In this document: positions 38,683-48,035 of the stretch, in pieces
How the letters are laid out: each line of letters opens with the position of its first letter
How positions within the stretch are numbered: the first letter of the stretch is position 1
Assembly: GCA_964396165.1 (NCBI GenBank)
Contig: CAYNEF010000013.1
Span: 13,478 to 77,477, forward strand
Reading direction: 5' to 3'
DNA from: an uncultured Pseudobdellovibrionaceae bacterium
Lineage (GTDB): Bacteria; Bdellovibrionota; FAC87; UBA2466
Length of the DNA: 64,000 nucleotides
Program-made: the position numbers and the translations under genes
The notes under the pieces: model-generated
Databases searched by the model: none
The model's input: only the letters and a program-made list of their open reading frames with translations
Told to the model about the DNA's origin: nothing

Positions 38683-40644
38683 TTACTTCAAGGTTACTAA
38701 ATCCGAGAGAACATTAACAGACTCTTGAAGAAACGGGCTCTTCTCGTCTTCGTCTTCTTTCTTTTCGTCATCTAGAGGAGCTTTTTCTGCAGTCTTTGTT
38801 TTCTTGCCCGACTTGGCGTCTTTTTCTTCTTTGTTTTTTGCTTCCGCTTTAAGTTCTGCCAGTTTTACTACGCCAGAATTTTTCTCTGTCTTGGCAATTT
38901 TTTTCTTAAGTTCAATAAACTTGGTGTCTTTTGCCACTCTCTCAGCGGATTTTCCGGAAAGTTTTTTTGCAATAGATTCTGTAATCACTTCCCATTTCGT
39001 ATCGGGAGCAGAGCTATTGGCATCTTTTGAAATAAACGCAGGAACTTTTTGCGGTGGCAGAGAATAGTCGAGTGTTTTTTCGCCAATCTCGTCGTTGCTA
39101 AAGAGAGACGGGAGAACGACGTCAGCTGCTACCCCTTGTTGTTGTGTGGAAACTCCACTGGGAATAAAAAACATCGCCATCGTGACCTTCATGCCGCCTA
39201 AGTTAAAGGGTAAATCACTTAACGACTGTACCGAGCCCTTTCCAAACGTGTGATCGCCGCCCACAATTACTGCTCGGTGGTAGTCTTTCAATGCTCCAGC
39301 TAAAATTTCTGAAGCGGAAGCGCTAACGCGGCTTGTGAGCACAACGAGAGGTCCGTTGTATTCCACCCCTTCTTGTTCGTCGGATAAAACTTGCACGTCT
39401 CCGCGAAAGTTTTTAGTCGCAACTACGCCGCCTGTATTGATAAATAGTCCGGATATTTTTACAGCTTCATCCAGTAGTCCACCACCGTTACGGCTTAAGT
39501 TGAGTACAATTCCGTCTGCTTTTTCTTTTTTAGCAGCGCGAATCGCATTTTTTACATCTTCCGAGCAGGAGCGGCCGTCTTTGCCGCCGCTGCCGTAAAA
39601 ACCTGGCAAGTCGATGATGGCAAATTTATAATCCTTATTATCCACTTTTCTTTTTTCGTAAGTAACTTTTGCCGCTTGTTCTGCAAGATCCACTTTGTCG
39701 CGTACGATTGTTGTTTCAAAAGTTTCCGTCTTATCCCCTTGTCTTAAAATAGTGAGGATGACTTTGGTTCCTTTTTTACCGCGAATCATTTTTACGACAT
39801 CACGTAGATCCATATCGATGACAGATACGGGAGAACCTTTTTCTTGAGAGACAGCGATAATCTTGTCTTTTGGTTTGAGAACTTTCGCTCGATCGGCGCT
39901 GCCGCCTTTGATGAGTTCTTCAATCACGGTGAAACCATCTTCGGAACGCAAGGATGCGCCTATGCCTTCAAGGGAAAGCTGCATTTGAATCTGGAAGTCT
40001 TCCAGACTGTCAGGAGAGAGAAAGCTTGAATGCGGATCTAAAGCGGATGCAAATGAATCCAAAAAGCTTGCAAATACATCGCTTGCTTTTCTTTCACGGA
40101 AACGTTTGGTGATTAATTCATAGCGGTGGATCAATTGCTTTCTTGCTTCTGCGGGTTTTACTTTTGCAAGCTGCAAGTTGTACATTTGAAAATGCAGCAT
40201 TTTCTTTAACGTGTTTTGCTTGTCCTGAAGCGTTTTGGAGTAGCCACGCTTTTTAGGATCGGTAATTAATTCTGTCGTTTCATCCAGCTTGTAATTATCG
40301 TCCAGAAAGGTACGGACAAAGTCTTCGTTCTCTTTTGCACGAGTGACAATTTTTTTCTGTACTTCAAAAAGCACCGTACAAGATCCGTTTTTCGCTCCTT
40401 CAAAAATCTGTATGAGCTGCGTTTTTATTTCTGGAATATCAGACTCGAGAAACATCGTTTTTGATGGATCTTGTCCCCTCACATACTGTTCAATCGTATG
40501 TTCTTTTACTTCGTTTGTGATTGTTCTGTGCAAGTAGTGCGCTTTTAAAAACGCCTCTGTGATTTGCGGAACATGTGAGCATTGCAGGTCTAAAGCGTGC
40601 CCAACTGTTGCGAAGAGGGAGAATGCCAAGATGAGTCTAAACAT
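38683..40644 (-). CDS. prc: Carboxy-terminal processing peptidase (S41 family, tail-specific protease)
   Basis: Signal peptide from MFRLILAFSLFATVGHA; the ORF track extends to 40680. S41 catalytic region TSRVSASASEILAGALKDYHRAVIVGGDHTFGKGSVQ. K/E-rich C-terminal tail. Confidence 0.85.
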   Translation of the reverse strand: MFRLILAFSLFATVGHALDLQCSHVPQITEAFLKAHYLHRTITNEVKEHTIEQYVRGQDPSKTMFLESDIPEIKTQLIQIFEGAKNGSCTVLFEVQKKIVTRAKENEDFVRTFLDDNYKLDETTELITDPKKRGYSKTLQDKQNTLKKMLHFQMYNLQLAKVKPAEARKQLIHRYELITKRFRERKASDVFASFLDSFASALDPHSSFLSPDSLEDFQIQMQLSLEGIGASLRSEDGFTVIEELIKGGSADRAKVLKPKDKIIAVSQEKGSPVSVIDMDLRDVVKMIRGKKGTKVILTILRQGDKTETFETTIVRDKVDLAEQAAKVTYEKRKVDNKDYKFAIIDLPGFYGSGGKDGRSCSEDVKNAIRAAKKEKADGIVLNLSRNGGGLLDEAVKISGLFINTGGVVATKNFRGDVQVLSDEQEGVEYNGPLVVLTSRVSASASEILAGALKDYHRAVIVGGDHTFGKGSVQSLSDLPFNLGGMKVTMAMFFIPSGVSTQQQGVAADVVLPSLFSNDEIGEKTLDYSLPPQKVPAFISKDANSSAPDTKWEVITESIAKKLSGKSAERVAKDTKFIELKKKIAKTEKNSGVVKLAELKAEAKNKEEKDAKSGKKTKTAEKAPLDDEKKEDEDEKSPFLQESVNVLSDLVTLK

Positions 40645-40747
40645 AAATGATTCCTTGTAGTTAGCTTTCCATTGTATCACGGAAGTTTGGGAGATAGAAG
40701 TGGTGCCTGCCGTTGTGTAATATGGTAGAAATACTGCTTAAAAAAAG

Positions 40748-41806
40748 GTGGTGCGTATGACTGCAAATCCAAATCCAGTAGGCCTAGAAGGCATAGACTT
40801 CATCGAATTCAGCACAAAATCCCCTGACTGGATGCGAAAATTATTTTACGAATTTGGTTTTTCGAAACGGCTCGAGCACGCGACAAAAAAAATCGAGTAT
40901 TTTAACCAGAATGATATCCACATTTTTTTGAATTCTGAAAAAGATTCGTTTGCCTCAAGCTTTGAAAAGCTGCATGGGCCTTGCGTTTCGTCGATGGGTT
41001 GGAGAGTCAAAAATGCGAAGGCCGCGTTTGATAAGGCTGTGGAATTGGGTGCAAAACCTGCAAAAAATCTGGACTATGCGCGCACCGAAGGTGGCAATCT
41101 GTACGCAATCTATGGAATCGGCGACAGTCTGATTTATTTTATTGAGAATGGAAAAGACAAAAACCGGTACAAGAATCTCGGCTTTGTAGAAAAAGAAGTA
41201 GTCACGCATAAAGAAAAAGGTTTTTTGTGCGTAGACCATCTCACAAACAATGTGCCTCAAGGAACGATGACCGAGTGGTCGAATTTCTATAAAAATATTT
41301 TTGGCTTTACTGAAATCAGATATTTCGACATTCGGGGAATTAAAACGGGTCTTCTTTCTTACGCGCTGCAATCGCCTTGTAAGACATTCTGTATTCCTAT
41401 TAATGAAGGAACAGAGAGTAAATCGCAAATCAACGAATATCTCGAAGAATATAAAGGTCCGGGTGTGCAGCACATCGCGTTTCTTACTGTAGATATCGTT
41501 TCCAGTTTGAATTCGCTTCAAGGTTCTTCGATACAAACTCTCGATATTGACGATGAGTATTATGCAGAGGTTTTTGATAGAGTTCCCAATGTTACCGAAG
41601 ATCACAAAACATTGCAGAAGTTAAAAATTCTCGCAGATGGAGATGAACAAGGTTACTTGCTTCAGATTTTCACGAAGAATCTCATCGGCCCGATTTTTAT
41701 AGAAATCATCCAGCGCAAAAACCACCATGCATTTGGGGAAGGGAATTTTGGCGCGTTATTCCGATCGATTGAGCGTGACCAACAGAAGCGCGGGTATTTG
41801 AAGTAG
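40748..41806 (+). CDS. hppD: 4-hydroxyphenylpyruvate dioxygenase
   Basis: GPGVQHIAF, LLQIFT and FGEGNFGALFRSIE motifs. Confidence 0.85.
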   Translation: MVRMTANPNPVGLEGIDFIEFSTKSPDWMRKLFYEFGFSKRLEHATKKIEYFNQNDIHIFLNSEKDSFASSFEKLHGPCVSSMGWRVKNAKAAFDKAVELGAKPAKNLDYARTEGGNLYAIYGIGDSLIYFIENGKDKNRYKNLGFVEKEVVTHKEKGFLCVDHLTNNVPQGTMTEWSNFYKNIFGFTEIRYFDIRGIKTGLLSYALQSPCKTFCIPINEGTESKSQINEYLEEYKGPGVQHIAFLTVDIVSSLNSLQGSSIQTLDIDDEYYAEVFDRVPNVTEDHKTLQKLKILADGDEQGYLLQIFTKNLIGPIFIEIIQRKNHHAFGEGNFGALFRSIERDQQKRGYLK

Positions 41807-41869
41807 GGTAGATGCAGTGGGTTAGAGGTTCTGAGATGCAAATATTTCGGGGCCTGTTAAACTTATTTC

Positions 41870-42832
41870 ATGCCTAAAATTACTCTTTCCTTTTTTCGTT
41901 CGTATTTATCCATCCTTTTATTTACGGCGTTTGAAGTCGCTGCACTTCGTTTGATCTTGCACTCCGTATTAAGACTAGAAATCGGCTGGGTAGGGATGAC
42001 CGACTTTGACATTGCTATTCCGATGATGGTTTCTCTTTTTATTTCGTTACTTGTTTTAAGTCAGACAGGTGAATTGAAGTTAAAAATTCAAAAGCCCATT
42101 TTGTATTGCAATATAGCTTTAATCGCTTCGTTCTTAATCCTGAGCTCGATGCTGCCGCAAATAGGTGTATCGCCTTTGATCCACGGTATTTGGGTATTTT
42201 TATTACTTGCTGTTTTTCTTTCTTCTTTGTGTGTGTGGGTTGCCCCTTCTTTTTATGTATCTAATTCAAATAACTGGGTAGTTTTTCCGGCGTTGATGCT
42301 AGCTATTTCTGTTGTCGTTTATCAACATTACTATGAAGTAATGTGGCCTTCTTTGATTCCCCTAACGGGCAAGGCAAGTTGTGCTGTTTTAAAACCGATT
42401 TTGGGTGGGGCTTTAAAATGCAGCATGAATAGTTCCATGGACATGCTTTTAAGAGAAAAATATTTTTGGGCAGATATCGGAGCAGGGTGTTCAGGCATGG
42501 AAGGCCAGTTATTTTTCATTATTTCGTTTCTTATCCTGTTAAGTCTTTATGGAAAAAAAGTCGGCATCATTGAGTGGAGTATCTTTTTGATTTCAGGCCC
42601 GATCGTGATTTTTTGGGCAAATATATTAAGAATTGTCGTATTTTTTCTCATCGGGGCAATCTCGGTAAGGACGTCTTACTTTAATTTCGGTCGTACTACG
42701 ATGTTATTTCTCTTCCATTCTCATGCTGGTTGGGTTCTCTATTCCTCAGCAATCCTATGCCTGCAGTCCTTAGTTCTTGTGCCTTCAGTAAAGAAAAAAA
42801 TCTCGCAAGCTGCCGTTGCACACGTGAAGTAA
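41870..42832 (+). CDS. Exosortase/archaeosortase-family polytopic membrane protein (putative transpeptidase)
   Basis: About 8 transmembrane helices. Candidate active-site motif GAGCSGMEG, N-x-x-R motif WANILRIV and a downstream FHSHAGW, matching the Cys/Arg/His pattern of exosortases. No PEP-CTERM partner is seen nearby. Confidence 0.55.
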   Translation: MPKITLSFFRSYLSILLFTAFEVAALRLILHSVLRLEIGWVGMTDFDIAIPMMVSLFISLLVLSQTGELKLKIQKPILYCNIALIASFLILSSMLPQIGVSPLIHGIWVFLLLAVFLSSLCVWVAPSFYVSNSNNWVVFPALMLAISVVVYQHYYEVMWPSLIPLTGKASCAVLKPILGGALKCSMNSSMDMLLREKYFWADIGAGCSGMEGQLFFIISFLILLSLYGKKVGIIEWSIFLISGPIVIFWANILRIVVFFLIGAISVRTSYFNFGRTTMLFLFHSHAGWVLYSSAILCLQSLVLVPSVKKKISQAAVAHVK

Positions 42833-42958
42833 TAATCACTACTTAGCGATTATGAAAAAATCTCCTTAGTCCACTTAAGCCCCCGTCCTGACTGCTAAAA
42901 AGCCGTGCTCTCTCAATTATGAAAATAATGCAGCTGGAAAAGCTTCTGTAATACTCCG

Positions 42959-42964
42959 TATAAT
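42959..42964 (+). promoter_or_regulatory. Candidate -10 box (TATAAT) upstream of the giant adhesin gene
   Basis: TATAAT lies 64 nt upstream of the ATG at 43028. The ribosome-binding site GAGG sits 8 nt before the start. Confidence 0.3.
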
Positions 42965-43027
42965 CAGTATGTACAAAAGAATAGATTTTATTAGTTGTTC
43001 ATTTTGCAGAACGTATGTGAGGTATAT

Positions 43028-46000
43028 ATGAGTAATAAACCACGATTAATTTCCTATTTTGGGTTTTTAACACTGCTGCTACTAAGTACCCAGGTACAAG
43101 CAGAAGTAGGCAGTACTTTCACTGCAACTATTCCAGTAACCAAGCCCGGTGATTCTGCCGGCAGTTTCAACCTCGCAATTGGTGGTTTAAGCGGTACTGC
43201 TTCAGGTACATTCACCGATACCAAAACCGGTCATTATAAGTATGTTGTGGGAAGCGGTTCTGGATATTGGTCTACAAAACGTGCAAGTGAAATTACCAAC
43301 TTTGGTTCTTACATCAGATACGGGCTGCAATTAAATTCTTTGCAAATTATGCAAAGCTTTAATAGCAAAGTACAAAATACAATTTTAAATAGTTATAACA
43401 ATGCTACTGAAGATGCCTATGTTTGCCCTACAGGTGCAGGTGGTTCGAGCGCTGACTACAACTGGATTTTATTAAGACCCCGCACGCCAGAAGAAGCGAC
43501 ACTCAAAAAAGTTTATAACGATGCCACCAAAAATAGAGTGGGTGGACGTGTGCATTATACGCAAAGTGGAAATGCTGTAACAATGACGGGCGAAGGCTCA
43601 TTTGATTTAGTGAATTTGACTGAAGCTGGTACTGCTTATGCGGTAACTCCACAAGGTTCTGAAACTTGTGATACGACCAATGCCTCCAGACAAAAAACTA
43701 CTAGCACTGGTGCCGATTATTTAGATCCATTCGGTTATTTCTGGTTCGGAAAAAGAGACGGTTCAAACAATCCTCAAGCAGCAATGTATATCAGTACGAA
43801 ATCAAGCCCGATGGTAGCACTTTTTGCGCCTACTCAAGTACTCGACAGTACTGTCATGTCTACTTTGTCCAATTACCGTTTTGCTACACTTTATACTTCG
43901 TGGAACTCCAAAACGTCCATCACTACTAAGACAGCGGTTATCACTCCTGACACTGCTGGAACTACTTTTACAGTAGAAAATGTTTCTGATCTGGAAGCAC
44001 CTAAGACATCCAGAACTGCGTTAGGTACGATTACTTGTACCAGTTTGAACAGTCCTAGCAATGGATTTTGCTCTGGCACACTCACATTAAATGGCGTTTC
44101 TGGTACAGGCAAAAGCGTTTGCATGATTGCAAATATTGGGACTCAAAATACGATTTCTTGCATTGCTCAAAATCCGGCTGACAATCGCTATGCGATCACT
44201 TTAGTGGCAACTTATTCCAAAAAAGCAAATTTAATTATCACTCCTACTTATAGTGAAGGTACCGGTTGCAAAACTTTCAGCGTTGAAAATCCTTCCAATA
44301 GATATATTTCAAGTCTTGGTATTCCAGCAAATCCTGCGCAACAACTTTCTGGTAACTGGAGTCTTGGTGCAAGCTCATTCTCAGGAAGCGGTGGCTATTG
44401 CGGATCTTCTATTGCTCCTTGGGATACGTGTAATATTCAGGTGTGTAACAATGACACTACAGCGACTTCCGAAGTGGCAACTGTCAGAATTGCGTATGAT
44501 GACGGTGCAACGACAGTAAATTCTACTACGGCTGTGGCTAAAGTGCCTACCACTGTTGCAAGCGTGTTTTCAAATCCGGATGGGACATCCTATACTTGCC
44601 ACGACACTTCCACTGTTCATACTTTTACAAATAAGTTTCAATATAATGTTGAGTATGCAAATGCAGCAGTAGAGGATTTGATCGCTTCTGTAGATGCAGA
44701 TTCCTTACTGAGTATTTCTGTCAATTCTCCTGGTTGGTCCGTAAGCAGTAACAAAGCAACCATCGATTGCGGCAATGCTAATCTACATGACGGTGATCAA
44801 GCAACGTTTTATGCAAAATATTTCCCTGATGGTAATTTAACAGACAATAACGGATCTGTTACTTTCACATTACACTTCGACGTAGACAGTGATGGGGTTA
44901 ATGATTCAGCGGATAACTGCCCGCTTATTTCTAACGTCAGCCAAACCGATACAGACGGTGACCTTGTCGGGGATGATTGCGATAATTGCCCAGCCGTCAG
45001 CAACGTTGCTCAAACGGATACTGACAGCGACGGCGTAGGCGATGCATGCGACAATTGTCCTGCTGTTTCCAACGGCGATCAAGCTGAAACAGTGGCGGAT
45101 GGCGACGGATTAGGCGATGCGTGCGACAACTGCCCCACAGTATCGAACGTAGGACAAGAAAATAACCTAGGCGGAACTGCTGCAGGCGATGTGTGCGAAG
45201 ATCAAGATTTGGATAACGTAGTGGACGGATCGGATAATTGTCCGCTTGTTGCAAATGGTACACAAGATAATAACAAAGGTGGAACAGCTGCCGGTGATGC
45301 GTGCGAAGATCAAGACGGTGACGGTGTAATGGATGCTACAGATAACTGCGTGACTACGTACAATCCAGAGCAGGGAGATTCCGACAGTGATGGAATCGGT
45401 AATGCATGCGATGATACGGATGGTAACAGCACATGTACTCTATTAACTTCGATGACCGGTGTAAATTATACGAATACGCAAAGTGGTTGGTCGTTTTATG
45501 TTCACTCTGTGACCGGCTGCCACGCCCAAGTATATGCTACACAACTGGGCACTAGTACAGCTGCCTATGTGTATGATAATAAACTTTATCTTTCCAGCAC
45601 AGGGCTGTTGCACAACCCGTACCTTGCATTCGGTCAAGGCTACTATCTCGATTTAAGTTCGGGATTGGGAACAATTACATCAAATTACAACGGCTATACG
45701 TACTATGCCCCTGACACAGACGGTGATGGTTATTCTGATTTAGTCGACAATTGTATCTCCGCTTACAATCCGGATCAGGCAGATTCTGATGCGGATGGTA
45801 TTGGGAATGCTTGCGATACTTCAGATACAAACTGCAATGCAATTACAACTGCCTATGAAGGTGTGCAATGGTACGCTCCGAATTTAGGTTGGAGTTTCTA
45901 CTTGAGTTCGATAGCTGCGAACAATTGCAGTTTTACCCTCTATTCACCACAAGTCGGTTATGCTAACGCGTATTATTATAATGGTGCTCTCTATGCAAAA

Positions 46001-47239
46001 TCTTCAAGCGTTATGTATGGCTCTTACTTAACTATCGGCGGTGGCCAAACCATGCCGTTAAGTAATAGCAATCTCTCAGCTTATGCTGGAGGCGGTTATT
46101 ATTATAACGTAACTACCGACTGTGCCGGAGTAATGGGTGGAACAGCAGTGGTGGATAACTGCAATGTCTGTTCTGGTGGAACCACTGGAGTAACAGCTTG
46201 TACACAAGACTGTGCTGGTACTTGGGGTGGCGCTGCAGTTATTGGTGGTTGCGATAATATGTGCGGAAGTACAGCGGTAACAGATTGTAATGGTACTTGT
46301 GGTGGTACAGCTACTGTAGACAGCTGTGGTGTCTGCGGTGGTAATAACAATGATTGTGCTGCAGATATGTTTGGAACATATTGCTCTGCAGCTTCGAAAG
46401 GATGCAGCAATGTTTGCGGCAGCAACTCTACTGTAGACAACTGTGGTGTCTGCAATGGCAATAACAATGATTGTAGCCCAGACTGGACGGGTACGTATTG
46501 CTCAGCGGCTGCGAAAGATTGCAGCGGCCGTTGCGGCGGTGCTGCAATATTGGATTGTAACGGTTCTTGCGGAGGCGCAGCTGTTATAGACAACTGTGGT
46601 GTCTGCGGTGGAAATAACAGCAACTGTAGCCAGGATGCCAATGGAACCTATTGCGCTACAACTTCCTTAGGTTGCAACAACATATGTAATAGTGGACTGA
46701 CAGTCGATGCATGCGGCGTCTGCGGAGGAAATGATTGTAGCGCAGATGCAAACGGTACCTATTGCTCCGCTGCTGCCAAAGGTTGCAACAACGTCTGTAA
46801 TAGCGGTGTAGTAGCAGATTGTGCTGGCGTCTGTGGTGGTACAGCAACTTTAAGTGGTTGTGACAACGCTTGCGGAAGTACAGCAGTATTAGATTGCGCT
46901 GGCGTCTGCGGTGGTACGGCAGTTGTAGGCGGTTGCGATAACACTTGCGGAAGTACAGCAGTAGTCGATTGCGCTGGCGTCTGTGGTGGTACGGCAGTTG
47001 TAGGCGGTTGCGATAACACTTGCGGAAGTACAGCAGTAGTCGATTGCGCTGGTGTCTGCGGTGGTTCAGCCGTGTTAAGTGGTTGCGACAATGCATGTAA
47101 CAGTACAGCAGTAGTAGACTGCGCTGGCGTCTGCGGTGGTTCAGCCGTGTTAAGTGGATGTGACAATACCTGTAACAGCACTGCAGTAGTGGATGCCTGC
47201 GGAGTTTGCGGTGGTGACGGTTCAAGTTGTGCTCCGTAA
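43028..47239 (+). CDS. Giant secreted Cys-rich adhesin-like protein with thrombospondin type-3 repeats and C-terminal CxxCGG tandem repeats
   Basis: The ORF track starts at 42995; the Met at 43028 has an ribosome-binding site. Signal peptide. Central D-x-D-x-DG-x-x-D-x-x-DNCP repeats. Two homologous W/Y-rich modules of about 95 aa. About 40 copies of C-x-G-x-CGG-x-A... units. Ends ...CGVCGGDGSSCAP. Confidence 0.8.
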   Translation: MSNKPRLISYFGFLTLLLLSTQVQAEVGSTFTATIPVTKPGDSAGSFNLAIGGLSGTASGTFTDTKTGHYKYVVGSGSGYWSTKRASEITNFGSYIRYGLQLNSLQIMQSFNSKVQNTILNSYNNATEDAYVCPTGAGGSSADYNWILLRPRTPEEATLKKVYNDATKNRVGGRVHYTQSGNAVTMTGEGSFDLVNLTEAGTAYAVTPQGSETCDTTNASRQKTTSTGADYLDPFGYFWFGKRDGSNNPQAAMYISTKSSPMVALFAPTQVLDSTVMSTLSNYRFATLYTSWNSKTSITTKTAVITPDTAGTTFTVENVSDLEAPKTSRTALGTITCTSLNSPSNGFCSGTLTLNGVSGTGKSVCMIANIGTQNTISCIAQNPADNRYAITLVATYSKKANLIITPTYSEGTGCKTFSVENPSNRYISSLGIPANPAQQLSGNWSLGASSFSGSGGYCGSSIAPWDTCNIQVCNNDTTATSEVATVRIAYDDGATTVNSTTAVAKVPTTVASVFSNPDGTSYTCHDTSTVHTFTNKFQYNVEYANAAVEDLIASVDADSLLSISVNSPGWSVSSNKATIDCGNANLHDGDQATFYAKYFPDGNLTDNNGSVTFTLHFDVDSDGVNDSADNCPLISNVSQTDTDGDLVGDDCDNCPAVSNVAQTDTDSDGVGDACDNCPAVSNGDQAETVADGDGLGDACDNCPTVSNVGQENNLGGTAAGDVCEDQDLDNVVDGSDNCPLVANGTQDNNKGGTAAGDACEDQDGDGVMDATDNCVTTYNPEQGDSDSDGIGNACDDTDGNSTCTLLTSMTGVNYTNTQSGWSFYVHSVTGCHAQVYATQLGTSTAAYVYDNKLYLSSTGLLHNPYLAFGQGYYLDLSSGLGTITSNYNGYTYYAPDTDGDGYSDLVDNCISAYNPDQADSDADGIGNACDTSDTNCNAITTAYEGVQWYAPNLGWSFYLSSIAANNCSFTLYSPQVGYANAYYYNGALYAKSSSVMYGSYLTIGGGQTMPLSNSNLSAYAGGGYYYNVTTDCAGVMGGTAVVDNCNVCSGGTTGVTACTQDCAGTWGGAAVIGGCDNMCGSTAVTDCNGTCGGTATVDSCGVCGGNNNDCAADMFGTYCSAASKGCSNVCGSNSTVDNCGVCNGNNNDCSPDWTGTYCSAAAKDCSGRCGGAAILDCNGSCGGAAVIDNCGVCGGNNSNCSQDANGTYCATTSLGCNNICNSGLTVDACGVCGGNDCSADANGTYCSAAAKGCNNVCNSGVVADCAGVCGGTATLSGCDNACGSTAVLDCAGVCGGTAVVGGCDNTCGSTAVVDCAGVCGGTAVVGGCDNTCGSTAVVDCAGVCGGSAVLSGCDNACNSTAVVDCAGVCGGSAVLSGCDNTCNSTAVVDACGVCGGDGSSCAP
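44878..45833 (+). repeat. Thrombospondin type-3-like calcium-binding repeats (two clusters)
   Basis: DSDGVNDSADNCP, DTDGDLVGDDCDNCP, DTDSDGVGDACDNCP and similar, then DTDGDGYSDLVDNC...DSDADGIGNACD. Confidence 0.7.
46118..47230 (+). repeat. Cys-rich CxxCGG tandem repeat region; last 5 units are near-identical 75-nt DNA repeats (46817-47192)
   Basis: Protein period of 25 aa: DCAGVCGGTAVVGGCDNTCGSTAVV. DNA units at 46892, 46967, 47042 and 47117 are 75 nt apart. Units 1 and 2 differ by 1 nt. Confidence 0.85.
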
Positions 47240-47291
47240 GACATTACGCTCGCATCTTACGCACGGATTGTCTTTTTGATATAATTTACGC

Positions 47292-47933
47292 ATGAAAAAA
47301 ATAAATCCGTTTCTTTTCGCTGTGCCTTTTCTTGTTTTATTCTTGCTCCAATCTGCTTGTACTAAAGAAGAGAGTAAAACAGAAAGTAGTGAAGAGAAAA
47401 AAAATCCACAGGCAATAGCGCAAACTACGGAAACCCCAAAAGCCTTGGCAACTAGCCAGCCCACACCTTCTGCAGCTCCTGCAAAATCCGATGTCTTATT
47501 CAAACTTCCAGCTGAAATGAAGCCTACAGCGGAACAAGAAGTTTTGATTCAGAAATTGAAAAAGCAATATGCTGCACAGATTGAAGTAGAACAAGATAAG
47601 CTGATAAATACGTATACGGAAGAGCAAAACAAGCAGCGCATCGAAGCCGCAAAGCAAGCTGGCGCTGAAGGAAAAAAAGGAAAGGATTTTGCCGACGCAG
47701 TAAAAAAAGCTGTCAAATTATCTGCAGAACAAGAGCAAAAAATAGATCAAGCGCTAAAGGAAATCACGAAGTTTAGCTCTCTTATCCAGACAGAACTTGC
47801 AAAGACGTACACACCTGAGCAAAAACAAGAGCTATTAGAGTTCTCAAAAAAAGCTGCGGGAAGCGTTTCCCCTTCAGTAAAAACTGAAGAAACCAGTCAG
47901 AAAAAAGCGCAAAAGATAAAAACAAAATACTAA
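47292..47933 (+). CDS. K/E/Q-rich coiled-coil lipoprotein (possible periplasmic chaperone-like)
   Basis: Lipobox LLQSAC. Low-complexity helical sequence. Confidence 0.45.
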   Translation: MKKINPFLFAVPFLVLFLLQSACTKEESKTESSEEKKNPQAIAQTTETPKALATSQPTPSAAPAKSDVLFKLPAEMKPTAEQEVLIQKLKKQYAAQIEVEQDKLINTYTEEQNKQRIEAAKQAGAEGKKGKDFADAVKKAVKLSAEQEQKIDQALKEITKFSSLIQTELAKTYTPEQKQELLEFSKKAAGSVSPSVKTEETSQKKAQKIKTKY

Positions 47934-48035
47934 AATACGACCTAGCCACCTCGCGTAATAGACCTTACTCATGCTCTTTGCTATAATTTATAAGTCTTAA
48001 ACTACTCCACTTTTTAAAAATAACCTGAGGCAGCA

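Noticed and set aside
40955-41605. 216-aa minus-strand ORF inside hppD
   Set aside because: It is antisense to a conserved dioxygenase and is spurious.
46817-47192. A regular tandem DNA repeat that could be mistaken for a CRISPR array
   Set aside because: The units are contiguous with no unique spacers. The period is 75 nt and in frame, and the units encode a Cys-rich protein repeat. It is a coding minisatellite and not a CRISPR array.
46102-47244. Three long antisense ORFs (179, 189 and 161 aa) on the minus strand, opposite the Cys-repeat region
   Set aside because: They are proline/glutamine- or arginine-rich low-complexity translations of the 75-nt tandem repeat, with no start context. 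They are artefacts of the repeat composition on the opposite strand of a clearly coding gene.
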